Part shown: one piece after another, positions 28,601 through 40,100 of the stretch
Position numbering within the stretch: the first letter of the stretch is position 1
How the letters are laid out: each line of letters opens with the position of its first letter
Source of the DNA: Macrostomum lignano
Taxonomy: Eukaryota
Direction: 5' to 3'
Assembly (NCBI GenBank): GCA_002269645.1
Contig: NIVC01001274.1
Location: 1-64,000, forward strand
DNA length: 64,000 bases
The notes under the pieces: model-generated
Seen by the model: the letters and a program-made list of their open reading frames with translations, nothing else
The model's database searches: none
Told to the model about the DNA's origin: nothing
Translations under genes and position numbers: made by a program

Positions 28601-29488
28601 TTTTTAGATTTCAAGGTTTATGGGGGGCATCGCTGACATGTCAAGGCTTACGGGGGGGAATAGCTGAGATGTCAAGGCTCACTGGGTAATAAATGAGATT
28701 TCAAGGCTAAAGCCAGAAGCTACATGTAGTTTATTGAAAACTTTTTATTACATTATTTGATGCCTCCTCAGGGGAGGGATCGCTGATAAAAAAAGCGTAA
28801 TGTAAAAAATAAAAGAAGCTTCATGTCGAAGTTAAGAGATTCATTTGGGAATCCCTACGATGTCGAGGCTTGCAGGGAATCGCTATAGTGCTGTAGTGCT
28901 ATAATGACTGTTGGAGAGAATTACTGAAATGTCAATGCTTTAGGGTTAGGTTAGGGTTAGGGTTAGGGTTAGGGTTAGGGCTAGGGTTAGGCTTGGGTTA
29001 GGGTTAGGGTTTGGTTAGGATTAGGGTTAGAAGGTTGACAGATATTTTTAGATTTTCAAGGCTTTTTGGGGGCATTGCTGAGATGTCAGGGGGGGGGGAG
29101 TTGATATGTTAAAGCTTGTGGGGGGAATTACTGACATGTCAAGGCTTACAAGGTTTGACAGGAGATTTTTTAAGATTTCAAGGATACATGTAGCTTATTA
29201 AAAAACGTGTATTGCATTTCTTTGGCTCCCCAACGGGGGGCGTAGATTGCTAGTCCAATCTATAACCGTAATTGCTTAAGAATTAAAAGTAATATAAGTA
29301 CGTATAAAGGTGTTTAATAGTTGAATTCTCACCTGTTTTCGCTGTTGTCCGGCGTCCAAACTTACGTCCAGCTCTTCTTTCATATTTTGCTGTTTGCTTG
29401 TTTGCTTGGGTTCTTCTGAATCGGAATCTACACTTGCGTCACTGTAACTAGACGCGTCAGATTCTTCACAACTGTTCACATTGGACAT
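10626..29488 (-). CDS. TRPA1: TRPA1-like ankyrin-repeat TRP cation channel (paralog 2, full length; two apparent 1-bp lesions; orthology uncertain)
   Basis: Exons: 29333-29488, 23487-23861, 22242-22304, 21667-21732, 20118-20183, 19758-19863, 19566-19663, 19435-19482, 18847-18971, 17915-17963, 16570-16875, 15400-15671, 15196-15307, 14231-14399, 14056-14159 (or -14140), 13513-13566, 13275-13423, 12710-12890, 12520-12612, 12275-12448, 12064-12193, 11741-11923, 11082-11150, 10626-10907. Ankyrin repeats are followed by TRPA hallmarks: HMPDAAMLVLNRS, VEYNFDHL, LLKHPVTTSLLESK, six hydrophobic segments, GIYPAMF, pore TFDMTAGELDY, and S6/TRP-like FVIIMPICLVNMLVGIAVGDI. Confidence 0.9.
11212..11740 (-). 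repeat. 20-bp minisatellite (sense strand ATGCTGTAGTGAGTAGTCTC), about 26 units
   Basis: Abuts the donor of exon 11741-11923; the unit resembles the exon-intron junction. Confidence 0.97.
14490..15150 (+). repeat. ~56-bp minisatellite (AGACAGATACCAAGACAAAGACC...AAATCCA)
   Basis: About 11 units, intronic. Confidence 0.95.
16185..16500 (+). repeat. ~18-bp minisatellite (CCACCAAGAGACAGGGGG)
   Basis: Direct reading, intronic. Confidence 0.93.
17016..17720 (+). repeat. 21-bp minisatellite (CATTTTGACTGTGCAGACACT)
   Basis: About 33 units, intronic. Confidence 0.97.
19080..19303. mobile_element. Putative MITE with CCCG...CGGG termini and possible 3-bp TSD (GAA)
   Basis: Left CCCGATGAAAACGGTACC and right GGTAACGTTTTTAACGGG. 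GAA at 19077-19079 and 19304-19306. Related ends at 21016-21032 and about 21158-21178. Confidence 0.55.
20390..20612. repeat. Inverted repeat inside a degenerate non-autonomous element
   Basis: CTAAAAAAGTCGCAGAAGAAGAGCTTTAGCGTCACTG pairs with CAGTGAAGCTAAAGCGCTTCTTCTGCGACTTTTAG. Confidence 0.75.
21182..21553 (+). repeat. 28-bp minisatellite (TGTGGTGGATGATTAGGAGTGCCTCTCA)
   Basis: About 13 units; related to the 32-mer at 22400-23478. Confidence 0.95.
21895..22180 (+). repeat. ~20-bp GGGGCGCCATTTCATCT repeat (also at 19940-20050 and 21560-21595)
   Basis: Direct reading; lies next to each duplicated exon. Confidence 0.9.
22400..23478 (+). repeat. 32-bp minisatellite (GAGTGACTCTCATAGAATCGATGATTGATCAG)
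   Basis: About 33 units, intronic. Confidence 0.97.
24088..24210 (+). repeat. (ATCGA)n/(ATCTA)n pentanucleotide microsatellite
   Basis: Direct reading. Confidence 0.9.
24900..28110 (+). repeat. 22-23-bp satellite (AATCATAGAAGCGTCATGTAAA[C/A]), interrupted by a SINE
   Basis: More than 100 units in the first large intron of the TRPA gene. Confidence 0.98.
27630..27989 (+). mobile_element. tRNA-derived SINE, copy 1
   Basis: 5' GGGGGCCGTAGCCCAGCGGTAG (A box), GGCTCGATTCC (B box), 3' stem GGTTGTGTGC...GCACACAACC, AATAAA plus A-tail, and an imperfect TSD (ATCATGTAAAAA). A second copy lies at 48118. Confidence 0.9.
28938..29030 (+). repeat. Interstitial (TTAGGG)n telomeric-type repeat
   Basis: About 14 perfect or degenerate TTAGGG units. 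Confidence 0.9.
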
Positions 29489-29511
29489 TTTCCTGCGAAA
29501 TAGGAACCATA

Positions 29512-30090
29512 GGTAGTAGGTAGGTAGGTATATGGATAGGTAGGTAGATGTATAGGTAGGTAGATGGATAGGTAGGTAGATGGATAGGTAGGTAGATGGA
29601 TAGGTAGGTAGATGGATAGATAGGTAGATGGATAGATAGGTAGATGGATAGGTAGGTAGATGTATAGGTAGGTAGATGGATAGGTAGGTAGACGGATAGG
29701 TATAGGTAGATGGATAGGTAGGTAGATGGATAGGTAGGTAGATGGATAGGTATAGGTAGATGGATAGGTAGGTAGATGGATGGGTAGGTAGATGGATAGG
29801 TATAGGTAGATGGATAGGTAGGTAGATGGATGGGTAGGTAGATGCATAGGTAGGTAGATGGATAGGTATAGGTAGATGGATAGGTATAGGTAGATGGATA
29901 GGTAGGTAGATGGATAGGTAGGTAGATGGATGGGTAGGTAGATGGATAGGTAGGTAGATGGATAGGTAGGTAGATGGATAGGTAGGTAGATGGATAGGTA
30001 GGTAGATGGATAGGTAGGTAGATGGATAGGTAGGTAGATGGATAGGTAGGTAGATGGATAGGTAGGTAGATGGATAGGTAGGTAGATGTA
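29512..30090 (+). repeat. 16-bp TAGGTAGGTAGATGGA repeat
   Basis: Direct reading; just upstream of the first TRPA coding exon. Confidence 0.95.
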
Positions 30091-30949
30091 TAAAAATGGT
30101 TGATGAGTGATAGATATAGATACTCGTAGATATATACATTTAGATAAATAGGGAGTAATATGTAAGTTTTATTAGATCCATGTAATTATAGTGAGTCTAT
30201 AGTTGTTAAATAGGCAATTGGTTAACTATTAAAGCATAAAAGCGCAAATCTTTGCAGTATTGAGACGTCACGGGAAAATTTCCAATCGAATGGTTCAAGT
30301 TTGAAGAAAATCGGTTGAGCCGTTTTAGCTAAAAATCAATAGCAGATGCTCAAAGTCAACTCATTTTCAGTATATAAAAAATGATCTTGGAGAATTAGTA
30401 TATGGGAAAAGTCAGAGATAGAAGTTGTTAAATATAATCTTATACAACTTACGGTGGTAATATGACTGCTGTTTTATTGCCGGAACTATCAAGCCAGTTT
30501 GTCAGTCACGCTCCTGGAGCCATGAGGCTTGCTATAGAAGTGCACGATGACATATCATGACTATCTGACGTTTTTACCCTTTCACCTTTTACCCTTGTCT
30601 CATTGATTTCAGCTCCTTAGATTCCGATTGGTTCTAGCTTCAAAATGCTGACCGATAACAGTGTGTACACTGTACATACAATGTACATTCTTTGGCATGG
30701 CACGTACATCCTAACCAGTTTAGGCAGCCAAAGAGTGCTTGTTGGCTGTTCACCTTTTATTTAAGTGCAGTAGTGGGTCAGATTTCTCTAACTTGTTTAA
30801 TTGAAGTCTGAAAAGTTCTTTCAGCTCTTTAAAATTTTCGGGTAAATGTATGTGTAGTCTATATATTAAAATCGATACTTTGAAATTGCCTAACTTAACT
30901 GGTAATACATGTATTATACATTTGCATTTGCATTTGCAAGATTTGCAAC

Positions 30950-31262
30950 TGATGATCTGGGAGGCTGGTGGCCCAGCAACTGAGGATCTGGGAGGCTGGT
31001 GGCCCAGCAACCGAAGATCTGGGAGGCTGGTGACCCAGCAACTGAAGATCTGAGAGGCTGGTGACCCAGCAACTGAAGATCTGGGATGCTGGTGGCTTAA
31101 CAACTGAGGATCTGGGAGGCTGGCCCAGCAACTGAAGATCTGGGAGGCTGATGGCTCAGCAACTGAGGATCTGGGAGGCTGCATGGCCCAGCAACTGAGG
31201 ATCTGGCAGACTGGCCCAGCAACTGAGGATCTGGGAGGCTGACCCAGCATCTGAGGATCTGG
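30950..31262 (+). repeat. ~31-bp minisatellite (GATCTGGGAGGCTGGTGGCCCAGCAACTGAG)
   Basis: About 10 units. Confidence 0.93.
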
Positions 31263-32511
31263 AAGCGACTTTTAGTAAGATGTACTGCGAGTAATATTAT
31301 TCAAAAACGGAATTAAAAAAGACGTTTGAAACTTCTTTTAACTTTTAATAAGCACATTAAAACAAAAACAGTTTCACATAGTCTGCTTTTGGAAACCACA
31401 AGCGATATCATAAATTTATTGCTGCTAAAATCTAAGTAAAACAGCCCTTTACTCAAAGAACTCAGAAGTCACAGCCACGAGAAAGCAGAACGTGCAAAAA
31501 ATTCAAACTTTATTCAGATTAACAAAGTTTCACAGGCAATCATATTAACGTTAATTTACTAGTTCAAGAAATTTTTTAAACAATGTTTTTATAGGTTTAA
31601 TATATTAATATTAAAAACAAGCAGTGTTTAAAAGTACAGAAGAATCATGAAGTAACTTAAAGCGCTCATGAAGTATCGCCAGCAATAGACGCACTACTGA
31701 CAACAGCTTCCAAGTAGTAGATTAGTGTGCAAAAAGTGACTGTTGAAAAATAACTTATCAAAATTAATTTACATTTTTTTAATGCCCTCAGAATAGAAGA
31801 AATAATAGTTAAGGACGGAAAAAAGTGCCAAAAAAAGAACAAAATCGAAAAAAAGAACGTCTTCAAACAGAACCTGGAGAAATTCAAATAAAATTGTTTT
31901 TTCAGACTTAACTAGATGCACATTTTATGTCTTTTATTTAAAACTTTTCCTTTGAATCCATTGCCAAAAACTAGATTTGTTAAAACGTTTACTACTTTAT
32001 GTTAATCGAATTATCAAATATATATTTTTAGAATATAATAACCTAAATTATTATAATTAAAATAACCTGGATATTTTTCGTCAATTTTCGATTTACTGCT
32101 ATTTTTTTTCAAAAATTAGACAAAAAATATATCAGAGTTATTTTTTTAATTATAAAAGCAGTACTACGTGCGAACTAAATGATTTTAAACAATAAAAAAT
32201 TATAGATTAAAATTTTAAATACTCGTAGTTTTACACGAGAAAGAAACAAATAGTTGATTATTTTAACTTTAATTATATCTCTTGTCAACAATCTTAGCTT
32301 TTCTTTCCTTCCTGTTCATTCTGCGCTGTTTAAACGAATAAAAGCTATTAATATTTTTAACTAATAAATAATTTGTTATTATTGTTGGCCGACTAAAATT
32401 TAAATGAAGGCTGTGCATTCTTCGATCAATCTTGCATATAGAAGAAACATTTACAAACAAATAAAGAACAAAAATTATAAAACAGAGAATCAACTCTAAC
32501 TGAGCCAGAGA

Positions 32512-34054
32512 TCACTGCTCATCAATTGACTCCGCTATTTCGTCGTCATCATCATCAAAACCGCCGCCGCCTCCTCCGCCAGGCGGCGCCCCCAGTCGAT
32601 TCGGGGGCGCATAGGGCACACCGGCGGCTTTGTGCACCCGCTCGAGGGTGCGGGGATGCACGAAGGTGGCCAAGTTCACCTTGGGACCAAGACGAGACTT
32701 CATCTCTTCAACTATGCTGTAGGCCTGCGATGTTGTCGGTGGGGAATCAATGATTTCTTTGGGTAAATAAAGTTGGAATTGTGCCAGAATCCTATCATTA
32801 AACCATGCACCCAACCCTGCACCCAACCCTGCACCCAACCCTGCACCCAACCCTGCACCCAACCATGCACCCAACCATGCAACTAACCCTGCACCCAACC
32901 CTGCACCCAACCATGCACCCAACCCTGCGCCCAACCCTGCACCCAACCCTGCACCCAACCATGCACCCAACCATGCAACTAACCCTGCACCCAACCCTGC
33001 ACCCAACCATGCACCCAACCCTGCACCCAGCCCTGCACCTAACCCTGCACCCAGCCCTGCACCTAACCCTGCACCCAGCCCTGCATCCAACCTGCACCTA
33101 ACCCTACACTCAACCCTGACCATAACCCTGCACCTAACCCTACACTCAACCCTGACCATAACCCTGCACCTAACCCTACACTCAACCCTGACCATAACCC
33201 TGCACCTAACCCTACACTCAACCCTGACCATAACCCCGCACCTAACCATGAACCCAGCCCTGCACCTAACCCTGCACCCAATCATGCACCTAACCCTGGA
33301 CCCAACCCTGCACCCAACCCTGCACCCAAACATGCACCCAGCCCTGCACCCAACCCTCCACCCAACCTTGCACCCAACCATTCACCCAACCCTGCACCCT
33401 TGCAACTCTGCACTCAACCCTGCACCCAACCCTGCACCCAACCATGCACCCAGCCCTGCACCCAACCCTGCACCTAACCCTGCACCCAACCATGCACCTA
33501 ACCCTGAACCCAACCCTGCACTCAACCCTGCACCCAACCATTCACCCAACCCTGCACCCTTGCAACTCTGCACTCAACCCTGCACCCAACCCTGCACCCA
33601 ACCATGCACCTAACCCTGCACACAACCCTGCACATAAACTATTTAAGGTAGCAGGCTAACCTTTTAACCACGCTTCCTACTTTTAGTAGCTAAAACGCAC
33701 GAAAGTTCAGATTATAACCATTTCCGTCATAACTAATAACTGCAACAACACGCAGAGAACCAAGACAAAACACAGGTGCAGCACACAAACTTACCGATTT
33801 CTCTCTGCCCGTATTGGCCAGGTGGTTAATCATGGCTGCGTAGGCGTCGCCCAATCTGACGAAGCCGGGGTTGCTGGGAAACTCCTGGATGAACTGCTGG
33901 GTGGCTCGGAGCGCCTCGTCTCGACTCGTTTTGTAGGAGCTGGCGAGAGGGACAGGTTGAAGAAATTATAAATTGAGTAGCTGCCAGGATCAGGTTACCT
34001 TTTCAGCTATCGAACTACCCATCAGTCTGCCTATTACGAGTAATATATCTATCA

Positions 34055-34140
<86 letters not shown>

Positions 34141-37100
34141 ATATCTATCAATCTACCCATCAATCTACCTATCAATCTACTTATCAATTAACCCATCAAT
34201 CTACCCATCAATCTACCTATCTATATACTTATCAATTAATCCATCAATCTACCTATCAATCTACCTATCAATTAACCCATCAATCTACCCATCAATCCAC
34301 CTATCAATCTACCTATCAATTAACCCATCAATCTACCCATCAATCCACCTATCAATCTACCTATCTATATACTTATCAATTAATCCATCAATCTACCTAT
34401 CAATCTACTTATCAATTAACCCATCAATCCACCTATCAATCTACTTATCAACTAACCCATCAAGCTACCTATCAATCCATCTGCCAATCTACCGATCAAT
34501 CTATCTATCAATCAATCCAGTCATCTCTTTTCACTCATCTTCAGCTACCAATTAATAGACGAAGCAGCCAGTCTCCGCAGGTATAACCGGTACTTACGCT
34601 TGGATATCCGCGAACTTCTTCACCAAAATTGTTTTAACTTTCAACTCTTCGAGTGCGTCTTCGTTAGCGGTGCCCTGTTCGACACCTTTGCTGAGGGTCT
34701 TCAGGGCTTCGGCAAGGGCGCCAAGGGCTTTTGAATAGTCCTGTGGGGTTAGCGGAGTGGGTTAATCAGCTCGATGCTTTAACTACTAGCCAACTTAAGG
34801 AGAGGGTAGAGGGTGGAAGGTTAGGGTAATTCATAGGGTAGATTCGATAGGGTAGACTCAGTAGGGTGTATTCGGTTAAGTGGATTTGGTAGGGTAGCCT
34901 CGGGAGGGTAGACTCGGTAGGGTAGCCTCGGTAGGGTAGCCTCGGTAGGGTAGCCTCGGTAGGGTAGACTCGGTAGGGTAGCCTCGGGAGGGTAGATTCG
35001 GTAGGGTAGCCTCGGGAGGGTAGACTCGGTAGGGTAGCCTCGGTAGGGTAGCCTCGGTAGGGTATCCTCGGTAGGGTAGACCCGCTATCGCCTGTTCCAG
35101 TATCCCATGCACACAAGGAAAGCTGCTCAAAGCAGAGTGCTCAAAGCAGCTCACCTGGAACTCTTCGATCTCCAGCTGAGCGCAAGACTGATAGAAATTG
35201 GCCAGCGAGTCCAGCGCTTTCCCTCGGCTGTAGAATTGCACAATGGACTTCATGATCTCGGGATTTTGCTGCCAGTTCAGCGTCTGCAGGTAGTTGGCCG
35301 CCATCACGTAGATCTCCTTCTGCTTGGACACGTTGGCAAAGAAGATGATCTTCTCGGTGTCGCCAGACTTCAGCAGGCACTTCATCGCTTTGAGCCGATT
35401 GCCTAGCTGGGTGAATTTCTTACAGGCCATGTGATAATTCCGCTGCTGGAAGCACAGCTCGGCAATGTCCTCGAGAATTCGTAGGCGCTCCGGTTCGCCA
35501 ATCTCGCCTTTCTCCGGCGTCAGCGACTCGGCCAGCTCCTCGGACATCGGCACGTTTTGCTCGGTGCACAGCCGCACTGCCAGTTGGAACTGCCGGCCAG
35601 CGCCCAGCAGAGTGACAGCTCGATCGAACTGATTGTTCTCCAGGAAGAACTCGGCGCATTTCTGCAACAGGGCCGGGTCGGTTTTATGATCCAGCTGGCG
35701 GGAGATGTGCTCAAGTGCGCCGAACTGCTTGGACCGGAATGCCAGATCCACGGCGTGGCTGGCGTGGCCGGACTTCTGGTACAGCAGGATGGCCTTGTCG
35801 GCCAGGTCCGGGTGGTTCAACTCTAGGTAGCGGGCCGCATCAAGCATGTCGTCTGGGCGTGCGAGCATCGCCAGGTTCACCAGCTGGTCCAGCAGGCCCT
35901 GGGGGAGGAGGGGATAAAGTTTGGTGGGTTCTTAGCTGTACCTCTGGGCTGCCTTTTAAACCTTCTATTTCGTACCCTGTCTTCCCCACCCTGTCTTCCC
36001 CACCCTGTCTTCCCCACCCTGTCTTTCCCACCCTGTCTTCCCCATCCTGTCTTCCCCACCCTGTCTTCCCCATCCTGTCTTCCCCATCCTGTCTTCCCCA
36101 TCCTGTCTTCCCCACCCTGTCTTCCCCATCCTGTCTTCCCCATCCTGTCTTCCCCACCCTGTCTTCCACACCCTGTCTTCCCCACCCTGTCTTCCTCACC
36201 CTGTCTTCCCCACCCTGTCTTCCCCACCCTGTCTTCCCCACCCTGTCTTCCCCATCCTGTCTTCCCCACCCTGTCTTCCCCACCCTGTCTTCCCCACCCT
36301 GTCTTCCCCACCCTGTCTTCTCCACCCTGTCTTCCCCATCCTGTCTTCCCCACCCTGTCTTCCCCACCCTGTCTTCCCCACCCTGTCTTCCCCACCCTGT
36401 CTTCCCCACCCTGTCTTCCCCACCCTGTCTTCCCCACCCTGTCTTCCCCACCCTGTCTTCCCCACCCTGTCTTCCCCATCCTGTCTTCCCCATCCTGTCT
36501 TCCCCACCCTGTCATCCCCACCCTGTCTTCCCCACCCTGTCTTCCCCACCCTGTCTTCCCCACCCTATCTTCCCCACCATCTCTTCCCCACCCTCTCTTC
36601 CCCACCCTGTCTTCCCCACCCTGTCTTCCCCACCCTGTCATCCCCACACCCTTATAGTTACCTGAGCCTTGCACAGCCGCAGCGCGGAGGAGAATGCCTG
36701 AGCCCTGCTAAAATAGTGCACAGCCCTCTCAGCGTCTCCAATGCTCTCAAAGTGCCTGGCGAGGTAGCAGCAGGCCGCACTGTCGCCCGTCATGTTGCAC
36801 AGCTCAACTGCGGCTTCTTCCTGAACGGATGCGCAAGATGGGAAGGAAGAAAGGTTTGGCTAGCAGTTTGTTTGTTCGAATGCTAAAATGGCTGATTGAC
36901 TCGGGTTTTGTTTAAATGGCACACCCCGTCGCAGTGCCTTTATTTGATTGAAGTTAATTTGATGCTAGTGAACGAAATCAGGCGCTAGTAAACTAAAATT
37001 CACACTTATTCACACTAATTCACACCAATTCACACTTATTCACACTGATTCACACTAATTCACACTAATCCACACCGATTCACACTAATTCACACCAATT

Positions 37101-40100
37101 CACACTTATTCACACTAATTCACACCAATTCACACTTATTCACACTGATTCACACTAATTCACACTAATCCACACCGTGAATTATGTGAATCCACACTGA
37201 TTCACACTAATTCACACTAATTCACACTGATTCACAGTAATTCACACTAATTCACACTAATTCACACAAATTCTCACTGATTAACACTAATTCACACTAA
37301 TCCACACTGATTCACACTTATTCACACTGATTCACACTAATTCACACTAATCCACACCGATTCACACTAATTCACACCAATTCACACTTATTCACACTAA
37401 TCCACAATAATTCACACTAGTTCACACTAATTCTCACTAATTCACACTAATCCACAATAATTCACAGTAATTCACACTAATCCACACTAATTCACACTAA
37501 TCCACAACAATTCACACTAATTCACACTAATCCACAATAATCCACAATAATTCACACTAATTCACACCAATTCACACTAATTAACACTGATTCACACTAA
37601 TTCACTCTAATTCACACTAATTCACTCTAATTCCCACTGATTCACACTAATTCACACTGATTAACACTAATTACCACTAATTAACACTGATTCACACTAA
37701 TTCACACCAATTCACAGTAATTCACACTAATTCACACTGATTCACACTGATTCACAGTAATTCACACTAATTCACACTAATTCACACTGATTCACACTAA
37801 TTCACACTAATTCACACTAATTCACACTAATTCACACTAATTCACACTAATTCACACTGATTCACACTAATTCACACTGATTCACAGTAATTCACACTAA
37901 TTCACACTGATTCACAGTAATTCACACTAATTCACACTGATTCACACTAATTCACACTAACTCACTCTAATTCACACTGATTCACACTAATTCACACTAA
38001 TTCACAGTAATTCACACTAATTCACACTAATTCACAGTAATTCACACTAATTCACACTGATTCACACTAATTCACACTAATTCACACTGATTCACAGTAA
38101 TTCACACTAATTCACACTAATTCACACTAATTCACACTGATTCAAACTAATTCACACTAATTCACACTGATTCACACTAATTCACACTAATTCACAGTAA
38201 TTCACACTAATTCACACTAATTCACACTGATTCACACTAATTCACACTAATTCACACTAATTCACACTGATTCACACTAATTCACACTAATTCACACTGA
38301 TTCACACTAATTCACACTAATTCACACTAATTCACACAAATTCTCACTGATTAACACTAATTCACACTAATCCACACTGATTCACACTAATTCACACTAA
38401 TTCACACTGATTCAAACTAATTCACACTAATTCACACTGATTCACAGTAATTCACACTAATTCACACTAATTCACACTAATTCACACTGATTCACAGTAA
38501 TTCACACTAATTCACACTGATTCACACTAATTCACACTAATTCACAGTAATTCACACTAATTCACACTAATTCACACTGATTCACACTAATTCACATTCA
38601 CTAATTCACAGTAATTCACACTGATTCACAGTAATTCACACTAATTCACACTGATTCACACTAATTCACACTAATTCACAGTAATTCACACTGATTCACA
38701 CTAATTCACACTTATTCACACTAATTCACACTGATTCACACTAATTCACACTAATTCACACTGATTCACAGTAATTCACACTAATTCACACTAATTCACA
38801 CAAATTCTCACTGATTAACACTAATTCACACTAATCCACACTGATTCACACTGATTCACACTAATTCACACTAATTCACACTAATTCACACTGATTCACA
38901 GTAATTCACACTAATTCACACTAATTCACACTAATTCACTCTAATTCACATGAATACTCACCTCTCCCATGTGGCACCGCAGCTTCACCATACTGTGATA
39001 GTCCTTAGCAGCCTCGTAAAACTGCATGGCTCCATTAAAATCGCCGGAACTTTCCAGGAACAGGGCGAACCATTTGTTTAACTGCGGATCCTGCATCCGA
39101 CGGACAAAAGCTTCGAGCTCGTGGGGCCGGTCGCACAGCATCCGGGGCACCTCTGTGCGATGCGTGTCAGCCAGCAGGTACTCCTGCACCGCCTGGGTGT
39201 AGTGACCCACCGATTCCAGGTGCTTGGCAAACTCATGGTGAGTAGTTCGAAGACTCATCCGATCGAATTTCTCTGCCACATCAATGGCTTTCTCCCATTG
39301 GCCTTCGGCCCGGTAGAAGTTCGTCAACAAGTCGTAGCGCTGTGCCGACTTCAGCAGGCGTTCAGCTTCATCCCTCATCCCCAGCTGGGAGGCCAGCATC
39401 GCCAGGACAACATCCGGGTTGCCGTCCGACACTTTCTGCGCCTGACGGATCATCATAGCGCCGCGGGCGTGGCCCATCTTGCCGAGGCACACGGAGGTGA
39501 CATCGAGTCGGCGGGTTTTCACACACATGCGGGCCATGTTGTGCCACACGGACTCGGATTTGATCAGCTTCATGGCCTGGGCGGAGTGGGGAGAATAAGC
39601 ACGGTGTCTGTTGTAGTAGGGACTATCCTGGATCTCTAGCAGGTGAGAGCCCTCGCTCTAACAGGTGAGAGCCCTGTCTCTAGCAGGTGAGAGCCTAGTC
39701 TCTAACAGGTGAGAACCCTGTCTCTAACAGATGAGAACCCTGTCTCTAACAGGTGAGAATCCTGTCTCTAACAGATGAGAACCCTGTCTCTAACAGGTAG
39801 AACCCTGTCTCTAACAGGTAAGAGCCCTGTCTCTAACAGGTGAGAATCCTGTCTCTAACAGATGAGAACCCTGTCTCTAACAGGTAGAACCCTGTCTCTA
39901 ACAGGTGAGAGCCCTGTCTCTGTCTCTAACAGGTAGAATCCTGTCTCTAACAGGTAGAATCCTGTCTCTAACAGGTAGAAACCTGTCTCTAGCAGGTGAG
40001 AGCCTAGTCTCTAACAAATGAGTACCCTGTCTCTAACAGGTGAGAACCCTGTCTCTAACAGGTAGAATTCTGTCTCTAACAGGTAGAAACCTTTCTCTAG

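Noticed and set aside
32798-33659. GAGLGAW / HPTL repeat proteins
   Set aside because: 12-bp intronic repeat; the real IFT140 last exon starts at the acceptor at 32724.
35715-36674. [13 protein letters not shown] repeat ORFs
   Set aside because: 15-bp satellite in IFT140 intron 10.
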